Part shown: one piece after another, positions 12,366 through 25,475 of the stretch
How positions within the stretch are numbered: the first letter of the stretch is position 1
Layout of the letters: every line of letters begins with the position of its first letter
From: Octopus vulgaris
Lineage: Eukaryota
DNA length: 64,000 nt
Assembly (NCBI GenBank): GCA_951406725.2
Contig: OX597816.1
Coordinates: 46,438,001 to 46,502,000, forward strand
Direction of reading: 5' to 3'
Notes under the pieces: model-generated
What the model was told of the DNA's origin: nothing
Database searches by the model: none
What the model saw: the letters and a program-made list of their open reading frames with translations, nothing else
Translations under genes and position numbers: made by a program

Positions 12366-12725
12366 TAAAAACAAAGAAGACAGGTGTAAGAACAACAAGA
12401 AAGTGTATTAGTTTGACGCTCGGGAAAAATGGAAAAGTCTTTTACGTTTCGAACCTACACTCTTCGACAGAAAGAAATTTGAAGAAATAAATAGGGAGAG
12501 AATATAAAAAAAAACGTGTTGCATTCAGTGGTCCAACATGGCAAATGATGGACCACTGAACTCAACACGTTGTTTTCATTCTCTCTCTGTTTCCTCTTAT
12601 TCCTTTCCGTCGAAGAGCGTAGGTTCGAAACGTAAAAGACTTTTCCATTTTTCCCGAGCGTCAAACTAATACACTTGCCTGTTGTTCCTACACCTGTCTT
12701 TGTTTTTCTATAAATTTGAACTATA
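12366..12725. mobile_element. Inverted-repeat PLE-type remnant with hammerhead-like motif in both arms
   Basis: Arms ~12366-12476 and ~12600-12706; cores CTGTCGA and CCGTCGA ... GAAACGTA-aaaga. Shares the motif ccgagcgtc with the 6.5 and 11.3 kb elements. Confidence 0.6.
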
Positions 12726-12921
12726 TATTATACTCTCACGTGGTTACCCCAGTTTGATCGTGATTGTACTTCCTACTCTCTTGGTCTTGTATATCTTAAC
12801 CACTTCTAGACCTTTCAGCATCTCTCTTCATCTACATACCAGCACTCCACCCGGACTACCACTGGATCTTCGTACTCTTTTGGATTCTACCTTCACGGAT
12901 CTCACTGGCTATTTTCGTTTA

Positions 12922-12970
<49 letters not shown>

Positions 12971-13369
12971 GTGAGTGTGTGTGTGTGTGTCTGTCTGTCT
13001 GTGTCTGTGTTTGTATCCCCGCCATCGCTTGACAGCCGATTCTGGTGTGTTTATGTCCCTGTAACTTAACGGTTCGGCAAAACAGATCGTTAGAGTAAGT
13101 ATTAGGCTTACAAAAAATAAGTCTTGGGGTCGAGTTGCTCGATTAAAGGCGGTGCTCCAGCATGGCCGCAGTCAAATGACTGAAACAAGTAAAAGAGTAA
13201 AGAGTATATATATATATATGACTGAAACAAGTAAAAGAATACAAGAATATCAATGAAAACAAACATATCGAACGGGGTGAAATATAATTAAATTATTTAT
13301 ATACAAAAGGATGCTGTAATTATATAAAATGAGAGAAAAAAACAATGGACAGCTTCCAATTCATTGCTT

Positions 13370-13700
13370 AAGGAGAATGCTCGACATCAAGTGGCTACAA
13401 AAAGTCCAGAATGACACGATTGTGACAGACAATGGACATCAACAGGATCAGTGACGTAATAAGACACACATTGGGACTGGATCGGACACATCTTCAGACA
13501 AGATAGAGAAAGCGATTGTACGGTGGCACTTAAGTGGCAGTCTGAGGGGAAAAGAGCAGCAGGGCAACCTAAAACCACATGGCGAAGGACGAGGAGAAGG
13601 GTGGAGAAGCTGGAACGAGACAAGAACAGTGGCAGAAAACAGGGTTGGTTGGAAAGATCATGTTGCGGCCTTATGTGTCTTGTGGCACGAAGAGAACTAA
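13370..13700 (+). mobile_element. RTE LINE 3' fragment
   Basis: WDWIGHIFR...ALKWQSEGKRAAGQPKTTWRRT. Confidence 0.8.
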
Positions 13701-13789
13701 TTATACAAAAAATATGAGATTAAATAAGGAAATAAAATTTATTTTTTAGTAATTAAAATTTCTTCTGGAAGGGAATAATAAACATTTTG

Positions 13790-14565
13790 CTTTATTGAAC
13801 CTGGGGAGATGAATGCTATAATTTATTTGGGCTGTATTTGAACTCAGAACGTATAGAGGTGGTACACTCTTCGTACGACACTAGCAACTCTGCCAACTCA
13901 CCACACTAAATTAAGCAAAATTAATAATGGTTTCAAATTTTAGCTCATAGCCAGCAAGATCGGAGTTCAACTGGTACTTATTTTATAGACCCAGAAAGGA
14001 TGAAAGGCAAAATCGACCTCAGCGGAATTTGAACTCGGAACGTAATGAACGAAATGCTTCTAAAGGCATAATTAATATTGATTTCAGATTTTGATACAAG
14101 GCCAACGATTTCGGGGGAGAGGGGTAAGTCGATTACATTGACCCCAGTGCTCAACTGGCACTTATTTTACCAACCCCGAAAGGAATGAAAGACAAAGTCG
14201 ACCTCGGCGAAATTTGAACTTAGAAAGTTAAGACGGACGGAATGCCGCTAAGCATTGTGCTAATGCTTCTGCCAGCTCGATGCTCTAAAGGCATAATTAA
14301 TATTGATTCCCAATTTTGACACAAGGCCATCAATTTTGGAAGAGGGATAAGTCGATTACATCAACCTCAGTGTTCAACTGGTACTTATTTCATCGACCCT
14401 GGAAGAATGAAGGGCAAAGTCAGCCTCGGTAGAATTTGAACTCTGAACGTAAAATTCAGACGAAATGCCGTTAAGAATTTTACTCGGAACGGTAACGATT
14501 CCACCAACTAGCCACTTTAAAAGGCATAATTAGTATTGATTTCTAACTTTTGCTACAAAGCCACG
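13790..14565 (-). repeat. Tandem array of about 4 SINE C variant units
   Basis: Repeated units with the junction aaaggcataatta(a/g)tattgatt at ~14062, ~14287 and ~14520. Confidence 0.8.
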
Positions 14566-14609
14566 AGTGGGTTACAGCCTGGAATACTTAGAATATTCTT
14601 TTACTACTA

Positions 14610-15092
14610 CGCACGCGCACACACACATAATACATACATACATACATACACACACGTACGCCTTTAAGGCGCGCATACATACATACACACACGTACGTAC
14701 GAGCACACACACACACATACATACATACATACATGCATGCATACATACATACATACATACATGCATGCATGCATGCATGCATACATGCATACATACATGC
14801 ATACATACATACATACATACATACATACATACATGCATGCATGCATACATACATACATACATGCATACATACATGCATACATACATCATACATACATGCA
14901 TGCATACATACATACATGCATGCATGCATACATACATACATGCATACATACATACATACATGCATGCATACATACATACATACATGCATACATACATACA
15001 TATATATATACATACATACATACATACATGCATACATACATACATACATCATACATAGACACATACATGCATGCATACATACATACATACAC
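14610..15092. repeat. Compound (CATA)/(CATG) microsatellite
   Basis: Directly visible; source of spurious MYVC/HTYI ORFs. Confidence 0.95.
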
Positions 15093-15916
15093 AATGATTA
15101 CCTCATCCTGTCAGATAATGGCCTCTTATATTCATCGAAGAAATGAAATGATAATGAAACATTGGTACGTCATTGAATGTTGAGTGTTAAAAGCTAGTCC
15201 ATCACTTTTGCTGCGCTCTCCATCGTCATAATAGGTCCCGATGACAAACACCACACAATGACTGGCATTATTTTAACTGCAAGTTTTGTGTCAAGAGGAT
15301 CTTTCTTCCGGAAGAGCTGCCAGCCTCATGGCTTTGCCAAAAATAAGGGGAGCTTCGTCTACCCCTGGAAAAATCTATCAAACCCATTGATGGAACCCGG
15401 ACAGATACTACCGTTCCGGGTGAGAACGGCCCTGGGAATAATGACAATTTAAGGGGTGACTCCACGCTCCCCACAACGCCAGAACTCCCCGAACTGGAGC
15501 CTCACCGCCAGATGCAGTTTAATGTCATACCCACACATACATACATACACCCACACACATACGCGCGCACACCACATACATACATACATACATACATAAA
15601 TAAATACATACATACATACATACATACATACATACATACATACATACATACATACATACATACATGCACACACACATACACACATACACATACGCGTACA
15701 TACATACATACGTACATACATGCACACATACACACACGTATGTACGTACGCACACACACGCGCGCGCATACATATACATACATACATACATACATACATA
15801 CATACATACATACATACATGTGTGTATTTCAGTGGTATGACTGACGAAGATGGCTACAGATTCAACTAAAAAATACAAATCGACGTTTACTATCTTTATC
15901 TTCTTTAATAAACTTA

Positions 15917-15996
<80 letters not shown>

Positions 15997-18542
15997 TGCG
16001 CGTGTGTGTATTTGTGTATGCGTGTGTTTAATGTGAAGAATGTGTTAGTGCCGTAAAGAGGAGATAATTTCTCTTAGCAAAGCCTACGACGTAGGGATGA
16101 TATTTGATTTGCAACAGTTTATTCGCTTTTTATCCTTATGTTTCATTTACTTGAGACGGCTGACATGTTTCAGTCGCATAGTTTCATTTACAGGAAAACA
16201 AAAAGCGCGCGTGCGTATAAAACACTCGGAACATTTTGTATGTTTGCGTCAATAAGTTCATTGGATGCAGACATTTCCGAATGGTTTAGTAACTCGTTTC
16301 GCAAAAACGAAGTCCTACTTTCGATTCCCACTATGCGACACATTGAGCAAGTATTTCTGTCTCTCATAGCCTTTTAGGCGGTAATTCGAGGCTTGTAAGT
16401 GAAACTGACTCAACAGAAACCTTGTTGAAACTCGTTGGATTGAGTTTACTTGTAACTCAAAGAACCAGTTTTATCACACTGTTTATATCAAGATTACGAC
16501 AAAAGTACACGTGTCTGTGGTAGACGTGTCAGTCGTTTGAAAGAAGCAATGCTTTGTTGGAAATATTGTCTGGTACTGTACCTTTCTACGGCTAGACATA
16601 AAACTTTTGTAAGCTACTATTTGAAATGGCTCTTAGTCATCCATACCTTCTTGTTTGAACGTCAAATCAGAGGTAGATTAGTCTTTGTGTAACCCTTGAA
16701 AGCCCTTGGATTTTTGGAGTGATATGAGTAAAGGCGTTAATATCATATCACTAGCAGTATTTCACCTCAAAAGAAGTGTCAGGAGGTTTTTGGAAGCTAG
16801 CCGCTTTGATTATAATACAATGGGCAGCCAGCACTGTTAATCAGACAATTGGCTTTTTCACTGTCGAAACCGATGGATGATCTACTGATTCTGCTGTACA
16901 CTTCTCTTTACACATAAGCAATACCTATTTCTAATATAGATACAAAACCACATCTTTTGTGACAGTATGTTGAAGTCAATTATAACTACTCATTACTTAA
17001 AGGGTCTTCGGATTAATCGACCCCAGAAAGATGAAAGGCAAAGTTGAATCTGATCCCTATGGGATAAAAACTCTAAACGTAAATGAAAGCAAACTAAATA
17101 TTGTAAAGCATCATATTATGTCCACTGCCTTATCGATTCTGTCATTCGCCACCATATAGAGATAAACAATACGAAAAACAAAACTTTCATCTATGAAGTG
17201 ATCGATAAAATACAGTACCAATCATATACTAAGAATCACTTTAAAAATCTATAAATTTCACACACACACACACGCACATGCACACACACATACACACACA
17301 TTAAAAATAAAACAACCTTTGGCTTTGTATCTATGTGAAATAATGTTAAAAAGAGAACGAGGTGACTCAGAGGAAGAATGAAAATTAATACGACCATATG
17401 TAAAGGTCTCAATGAAATACTAAGCTTCTTAGTCATACGAATTATTCTACTTCTATGGCAACAAAATAAAATAGTATTTTATATCTTCTAATAATCTCTA
17501 TTATTGTTATTGTTAAAAATGCTGGAGTTAGAGTTAGCGTCACCGATATTAACTAACCTCGCTAAGTTCGGTGCAAAATGTTCTTTTTATGCGGGGACTA
17601 ACTTTATTTATTTGGGTCACAGGTAGTTTATTCTCCAGAAAAAAAGTGAAACTAAATTACGCTGAAAGTGGTGACAGCGAAATCCAATAATTTCTTTGCG
17701 CACGCGCACACTCTCACACACACACACACATACACACACATACGAACTGGGGTCAAAAACTATCCGTACTTTTGCCAAAACTTTCCTTAGCTTGGTTGCA
17801 CCGCCTTCAGTGCTCGCATGCTAAAAGGTTATCTAACAGAGGTCTGATCTTGATCGCCCCAGTTTTCTTTCTTGTGTTACAGAGTAAACAATTGCCGCTC
17901 CGCTTGCAGTGTACACCATAGAAAAACTGAAAATTGTGGACCGATTCCTCTGGTCTGAAGGTGTGTCGGAAACTGAAATTCATCGCAGGCTTTCAGTATA
18001 ATACGGGGACAGCGCTCTAACACGTAAAAGTGTGTATAAATGGATCAAGAAGTTTCAAAATGGTTGGACAAGCATCAAGCACGAAGAGGGATCAGGACGC
18101 CCAACAACCTCCAACACTGATTCAACAAACTCGAGAGATGTTTCTGGCCAACCGACGCGAGACCATCTATGAAGTGGCATGTTCTCTGCAAATTACTCAT
18201 GTCTCTGCGTATGAAATCATCCACAAGCTTCGCTTCTGTAATGACCTTGCGAACACCCGTGCCAAGGGTGCTAACCGAAGTACATAAAAGGGGTCTACAG
18301 TCACCAGCGTAGGCTAGTTAGCTGCTGGCCAACAGACTGAAACCAGCACTTAGCAGTAAACACCGAAGTCTATTGTCAAAGCGAGTGTTGTTGTCACAAC
18401 AATGCACGCCGACATACGGATACCAACATCGTTGAAACCGTTGGAAAGTTGGTTTTCGAGTTGCTGGGACACCCTGCATACAGTCCAGATTTCGTCCATT
18501 CCGATTATCACATCTTTGGACCGCTCAAACATCCTTTCCGAG

Positions 18543-18922
18543 TTCTATATATAAGAGATGAGGAATTGTGTACATTATTTACATTCAACGGATATTTGTC
18601 CTCATCTTGTTTGTTGTTAACACGTTTCGGCTGATATACCCTCCAGGCTTCTTCAGGTGTCTTGGGGAAATTTTGAACCTGCGTTCTCATTTATAAGGTG
18701 TTTTTCCATGTTGTCATTATTATCATTATTGTTGTTGTTGTTGTTATTGTCAGTGACCTGAACAATAATAATAATAATAACATCGAAAAATACCTTAGGA
18801 ATGAGAACCCAGGTTCGAAATTTCCCAAAGGCACCTGAAGAAGGCTGGAGGGCACATCAGCCGAAACGTTGTGTTAACAACAAACAAGATAAGGACAAAT
18901 ATCCGGCGAATGTAAATAATGT
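18543..18922. mobile_element. Palindromic hammerhead-bearing insertion with 12 bp TSD
   Basis: TSD atcctttccgag at 18531-18542 and 18923-18934; arms ~18571-18745 and ~18762-18923; interrupts the mariner transposase. Confidence 0.85.
18831..18874 (+). ncRNA. Minimal type I hammerhead motif
   Basis: gcac-CTGAAGA-a-ggctg..cagcc-GAAACGTT-gtgt. The inverted copy at ~18619-18661 lacks 3 nt at the cleavage site. Confidence 0.75.
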
Positions 18923-19070
18923 ATCCTTTCCGAGGTCATCGATTTGCTACGGACAAAGAAACACGGGAAGCGGTGCATAAATTACTGCGAGACCAGCTGA
19001 AAACCTTCTCCGACAGAATAAGCAAATTTGTGGACCGCTGGAAGAAGTGCATGGGAAAGCAAGGAAAGTA

Positions 19071-19200
19071 CAGTAATACCCACTTTACGAGGATCTGCTT
19101 TATGAGACTCGAGGTTTACGAGTTTTATTTTCTGTTTACGAGTTTTCGCTTTACAAGCATTCTCCGGGAACGAATTAACTCGTATACCGAGGCATTACTG
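19071..19200. mobile_element. Tigger/pogo-like MITE
   Basis: TA-CAGTAATACC...GGCATTACTG-TA. Removing it restores the mariner C-terminus GKYVEK*. Confidence 0.85.
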
Positions 19201-19291
19201 TATGTCGAAAAATGATGCAATTGTCCAATTCCTGTTTTCGTTTTAATAAATTACAGAAACAAGAACACTACATATAATTTTTTTTTATCCT

Positions 19292-19350
<59 letters not shown>

Positions 19351-21264
19351 CGATGTTTCCAACGTATATAGAATTTAACGCGAAAACAATATATATAGAA
19401 CGTATATTAATGCAGATAGAGTTAAATTTCTTTTCTTTTCGAAAAAATTAAAAAAAAGAGTGTACACATATACCATCACTGAATCTATTTTGAGCTTCAC
19501 CACCGTTTCCTATCAATTCTTTGTGAACAAGTCACTAGTCGTGCAGGATTATTACATAGAACCCATGCAGCAATATTGTTTGTCATGCGTCAAGATGCAA
19601 GCCACAGAATGACTTCTTCAGTGATATTCGTTGCTGGATTTAGTACATTGAAGCAGTGTATCTTGCTTATGATATCACTAGAAGTTACAATACAGTTGGA
19701 TGTCTGTGGTCGAGGTATGATCAAAGAGTTCTGTTACTAATATTAGGCATTTCACTGATGTCACTTCCGGCGCAATTTAGTTTCACTTTTGAGGGGGAGA
19801 CTAAACTGCATGTTATCTCCTTATTCTTTTCATTTCCACGCTGTAGATGAAAGTATGTGCCAATAAGCCAACGATGTGCTCTTGCTCTGGAATATCGCTC
19901 AGTAAATCTCACAAGATTCTATAGACAGCATCTAACATACATATGGCTTGTATAGAACATTCGAAGGGAAAATAACCGATCAATAAAATTTATTAATTAA
20001 TAATTCAGATATACTTCGTCCCATATCAAAATTAATGGAGTAATTTTGATATGATGACAAATGCTACACAACTCCAAATTCCATAGTAAGCAATAAATAT
20101 TCATATGAAGATTAAGAACGGATAAATGCAATTAAGTACAAAGCATGTTTCTAAGACAGAAATGATGTAATCTGCCGCGTCATCGGGTACAAATCGCAAT
20201 TATCAAATCGAATTCAGCATCGGGTATCGAACGTTACCAGAGAGAAAAAAAATTGTAATCTGAATGGGAGTCGTTAAACGGTTTTTATGAACAGCCAATT
20301 GCAAGGATTTTATGTAGTATCCTAAACCTGGGAATACAAAACAAGTAGCGGACTGTAGATTTCGTTATTGTTCAACCTTACATCGGCCCTGATCGAGCAG
20401 ACCTTTGATCAAAGCTGTGACTATTCCATATGCTTTAGGGTTATATAGGCCTGCAGTATCTATTCTGTTCCTGTCATTTTAAGACGATGGGATGTGATTT
20501 AGAAGAGATTTAGCTGTAGTTTCTAGGAGGTAGAGTGACCACGTTAAGGCTTCCTGTTTAAAGTCAATAATATTGTATGGTCAATTAAATCAACTTCAAC
20601 GGAGCCATTCTTTCAAATTTGACCTGGTATCCAAGCAACTGAATCGTTACTGCTTTTGTTGTCATTATGCCCATGGTTTTCGTTGACACCGTTTTAAAAA
20701 CCATTGTTGTTCCGTAGTTATAATTGGACGCAAACTATAAAAGCCCATTGTATTAATTGTACTTTTAATTGAAAAAGTACAACCTTTTCAGCCACTGTGT
20801 CACACTGATTCTGCCTGAGAATTACTTTAGGTGTACACATGTCTGTGGTGAAAGAGCATGGTTTAGTGGTTAACGTATTCTGCTCATGAACGTGTAGTTG
20901 TTAGATCGATTACCCGGCAGCGCGTTGTGTCCTTCAGCAAGAGACTTTATTTCATGTTGCTCCAGTCCACTCAGCTGAGTTGTACCTGTAATTCAAAGAG
21001 CCAGCTTTTTCATATCTGTGTCATGCTGAATCTCCCCGAGAACGTGCTAAGGTTACGCGTATTTGTGGAGTGCTCAGTCACTTGCACGTTAATTTCATGA
21101 GCAGGCTGTTCCGTTGATTGGATTAATTGGAACCCGCGTCGTCGTAACCGACGGAGTGCCATTTCCATGTCTGTGCTATATTCAGCTGCTTCCGCACGCT
21201 TATTCAACTAATTCAGTGAGAAGGTTAGGTTGCCCAATTGAGCTCGGTTACTAATTTTTTTAGA

Positions 21265-21665
21265 TTTTTAGTCAAATGAATCGACCCTAGTAGTCTTTTG
21301 GGTTGTTGTTTTTTTTTTAATCTGATACTTATCTATTGGTCTCTTTTGCCGTACTGCTAGGCTACGAGAACACACCAATACACCAAAACAGGTTGTCAAG
21401 CGTTGGTGACACACACATACACACGTACATACATACATACATACATACATACATACATACATACATACATACATACATACATACATACATACATAAACAC
21501 ATTAGACGGGTTTCTTTGTGATTTCGTCTACGAAACCCACTCACAAGGCTCTGGTCGGCCCAAGCCTATAGGTGAAGCCACTTTCCTGAAGTGTCACGCT
21601 CTGGGACTGAACACGGAAGCATGTGGCTGGGAAACAAGCTTCTTACCACAAAGCCACGCCTGCGA
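21265..21665 (-). mobile_element. SINE family A, diverged
   Basis: Homology to family A with an internal (CATA)n. Confidence 0.8.
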
Positions 21666-22279
21666 CCATACTTATTTATATATTTATCTATTTTGTAAGT
21701 CATTCTCAAGGTTTCAAATAACCACTTAGTGCGTTTTGAGTTATGACAACAACAAAAAAAGAAGAAAGAAAAAGAGAAAATAAATCTAATAAGGAACTGC
21801 CTTGCATATCCGGTTTTATATCAAAGTGACCTTCTCCTAGAGACACACTTTAACAAATCCGAGCGGTATCTCACGCCCAGCGGTTACCCAGCACGTCGGA
21901 CACCAACTCGGAATTTCTAAGTGACCGTGCTGTTGCTAAATTGTTGTTGAACCTACATTGGTTCCATCCGTCATTTTGACAGGTCTTTGGTTGTTTAGTC
22001 CGGCTTGGTTTCTAGTAACACTTTTCAGCAGGCAAGCTTGGTGGGGTGGGGCGGAGTCGGTTTAGTCGCCGACGACTCGACCGTGCAACATGTACTGAGG
22101 TCCATGTTACCAGTAGCTCTCATCAGTGAGAGGGAGAGAGAGGCCTCACAAGTGACCTGACATAACATACGTACGTATGTACGTACGCATGCACGCGCGC
22201 GCGCACACACATACATACATACATACATACATACATACATACATACATACATACATACATACATACATACATACATACA

Positions 22280-22645
22280 ATCCAGGAAACTGGATTCTTT
22301 TCAGTACAGAGGCCGAAGAAAATAATGCAGATAGGGTGGCCAAACATTATATCAATGGGTGAACTCAAGAAAATAACCCAAGTCCCCAGGATAAGCCAAT
22401 AAGTAAAAAGGAAACGATGGAATTGGATTGGACATATATTGGGAAAGGAACCCAATCATCATTGCATGATCGCCTTGACTTGGCAACCTGAGAAGAAGAG
22501 AAAAGTTGGTAGACCAAAAACCACATGGAGAAGGACAGGGGAAAAGGAAAGGAATCAAGCTAGATGGTCATCATGGAATGCAGCAAGAAAATGGAAAACG
22601 AGTGTGGAGGCCTTATCTGCCAGCTGGCACGAAGAGGATAGATAG
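22280..22645 (+). mobile_element. RTE LINE 3' fragment
   Basis: KRWNWIGHIL...IALTWQPEKKRKVGRPKTTWRRT. Confidence 0.85.
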
Positions 22646-22843
22646 ATATTTAAGTAGGAGTGACATGGACTGTCCCTATTCTAAGGTGTTCGGCTTAATC
22701 TGACATTTGGTTTGACACACCTACTTGGCTACTTTAAAAAACTTAATTCTGTTGCAAATATTCTGGTCAAGTCGCCGGTCTCAAGATAACTTCATACAAC
22801 AAGCATCGGAGCCCCTGAAAAAAAAGGTATGGGTGCTGACTTA

Positions 22844-23051
22844 ACGTATTTTCCGGTATACAAGTCGAATTTTTCAAACCAAAAGTTACAGCCAAAAAAC
22901 GTGGGTCGACCTATACACCAAGATGACTTTGGAGATCTAAACATTCCACGTGAAATACAGCAGGATTTGGAAAAAATTGCGACGATGTTTGAATTTTAAC
23001 GCTATATGTTTACTCAATATACTATGTCGACTTGTATGCCGGAAAATACGG
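22844..23051. mobile_element. Tc2/pogo-like MITE
   Basis: TIRs CGTATTTTCCGGTATACAAGTCGA and TCGACTTGTATGCCGGAAAATACG. Confidence 0.75.
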
Positions 23052-23219
23052 CACCTCCTTTTCTTGGGTTAAAAAGAATAAACAAATAAATTATTAAAGT
23101 GTTACAACCGCAGTACCTGTCAGAAAACGAGGTACGGGTTCAAGATATGCGTTGAAATGTTTTCCGAAGACATTGTTTAGTAATCCTTGTTTAGTAGTCA
23201 GGCTCTCAATTAACTTTCT

Positions 23220-23500
23220 GTTTGTTCCTTCTCAAGCCATGCCTGGCTCATTAGGGCCGGTTTCCTTAGCGTATAGGTTCCCCACCTGGACGGGACGCCG
23301 GTCCGTCGCAGGTGGGCTGCAAAATACAGGAGGAAAGAGTGAGAGAAAGTTGTGGCGAAAGAGTCAGCAGAAGTTCGCCATTACCTTCTGCCGGAGCCAC
23401 GTGGAGCTTAGGTGTTTCGTTCATAAACACACACATCAACTGGTCTGAGATTCGAACCCGCGAGTCCGCTGCTCTAACCACTAGGCCATGTGCCTCCACA
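23220..23500 (-). mobile_element. SINE family B, tail 3
   Basis: Same head and central domain with a different tail; flanked by caattaactttct on both sides. Confidence 0.85.
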
Positions 23501-23560
23501 ATTAACTTTCTACTATTATGCAAATAAGTTATGCTTGGCACAAATTTATATATGTATATA

Positions 23561-23827
23561 TCACCGTGACCGACCAGGCTATCAGATGTTGCTACACATC
23601 GCTGGTCACAATGCGCTTCGCATCGTTTTAGCCTTCAAATGACGCCATCCCGTTGGCTAAGCGAGCAGGCCAACAGAAGAAAGAGTACAGCAGGGATCGC
23701 CACCACCCCCTGCCGGAGCCTCGTGAAGCTTTTAGGTGTTTTCGCTCTATAATCACTCACAACGCCCGATCTGAGAATCGAAACCGCGATCCTACGACCG
23801 CGAGTCCGCTGCCCTAACCACTAGGTC

Positions 23828-23828
<1 letters not shown>
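23561..23828 (-). mobile_element. SINE family B, tail 2
   Basis: Tail matches 26243-26545 and 32683-32992. Confidence 0.85.
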
Positions 23829-23893
<65 letters not shown>

Positions 23894-24874
23894 ATGAATT
23901 GTCTGCCTTTCCATGATAAGGAATTATTACTACAAGAGGAAAACGCTTGCATTACCTAGTGGTGAGGCTGTACGGCTCGTGATCATGAGGTGATGCGTTC
24001 GATTCCTGGAACCAAGCGGTCTATTGTATCTTTGAGCAGCACATTTCACTACAATGAGTACAAGTCGAATGCTAGTGCAGCTTTTTCTTTCCCTTCAGCT
24101 CTTACATCCTGGTTAGTCCACAGTCAAGGGTGAGTGGAGGCCGAGAATGTGTCTATGTCTGCTCGATACTAACTTAGTCACCTAAAACAACAAGCAAGCG
24201 GATGGTACATGCTACCAAGCCGTACTTACCCGAGTATGACGGCTGGTTGTATTTATTCGGACAAGTATCCTCATCTTGATTGTTGTAGTCACAGCAGTAT
24301 CGGCCGTTGTACCCTCCTATCTTATTCATGTGTCTGTTGTATTCGCTAATGTTCAAATAATTCCAACCAGATCTTTGATAAACCCAAAGGAGTAGATTGC
24401 TTTTGTTCTATGGTCTGCACCAGAGATATTTCCTTGGAACAATTCGATAATGAATGTAAGTGTCTTAGCAAGCGGACATAAGTTCGATCCTCATGTCAAC
24501 CAGAATTCCGATTCAAACAGAATGAGGAAGCGACATCACATGTAGGAGAACAGTTTAATTGAAGAATATTCTTATTATTGACGACGGAATTACAACAATC
24601 TACGTCCGTAAGTCTAATAAATGGTCCGGTTTGATCTTCCGAGAGCGTTATCAAATATGACAGGCACCTGAAGAAGAAGATAGGAGGACACAATGACCAA
24701 AGCGTTATAATTATAAGAGTTGAGATGAAGACAGTAGCCTGAATTTGTCAGTGTATAGTTTTGTTCATATTTTAATAAGTAGACTTCCGTTACTTTATTT
24801 TAACACCTTTAAAGAGAAACGGGCAAGATATAGTACAACGATATATATTAGCAATAAAGGCTGTATGAATACCG

Positions 24875-25094
24875 AGAGGTAATATTTATCCCCCACTTAA
24901 ACATGGATGTTCTGTTAGGACAAGCTATACTGCAGTTGTTACCATGAGAGAAACTCTCATATTGGCTTTTTGGTGCAAAATGTATTCTTGCATTTTGTAC
25001 CAAAAATCCAAATGAGAGTTCCTCTCATGGTAACAACCGCAGTATAGTTTGTTCTAATAGAACATCCACGTTTAAGTAGGGATAGACATTACCT
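24875..25094. mobile_element. Fold-back MITE-like element
   Basis: About 105 bp arms around ~24986. The right end is interrupted by a SINE with TSD acattacct (25086-25094 and 25490-25498). Confidence 0.7.
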
Positions 25095-25475
25095 GGAGAC
25101 GCAATGGCCCAGTGGTTAGGGCAGCGGACTCGCGGTTGTAGGATCGCGGTTCAATTCCCAGACCGGGCGTTGTGAGTGTTTATTGAGCGAAAACACCTAA
25201 AGCTCTACGAGGCTCCGGCAGGGGATGGTGGTGATCCCTGCTGTACTCTTTCACCACAACTTTCTCTCACTCTTTCTTCCTGTTTCTGTTGTACCTGTAT
25301 TTCAAAGGGCCGGCCTTGTCACTCTCTGTGTCACGCTGAATATCCCCGAGAACTACGTTAAGGGTGCACGTGTCTGTGGAGTGCTCAGCCACTTACACGT
25401 TAATTTCACGAGCAGGCTGTTCCGTTGGTCGGATCAACCGGAACCCTCATCGTCGTAACCGACGGAGTGCTTCCA
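25095..25475 (+). mobile_element. tRNA-derived SINE family B, tail 1
   Basis: Head GGAGACGCAATGGCCCAGTGGTTAGGGCAGCGGACTCGCGG..GGTTCAATTCC; 9 bp TSD. Confidence 0.9.

Larger units (their letters stand above)
17741..19296 (+). mobile_element. Decayed mariner element with two nested insertions
   Basis: Transposase fragments RFLWSEGV..EIHRRL..YGDSALTRKSVYKWIKKFQNG..GSGRP, HPAYSPDFVHSDYHIFGPLK and RWKKCM..GKY|VEK*. Central region deleted; TIRs degenerate. Confidence 0.9.

Noticed and set aside
13790-14565. Regularly spaced repeats resembling a CRISPR array
   Set aside because: The intervening sequences are homologous SINE units of ~225 bp, the context is eukaryotic and there are no cas genes.
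20585-20735. Short open frame after a possible acceptor on the minus strand
   Set aside because: No recognisable homology and only a weak donor.
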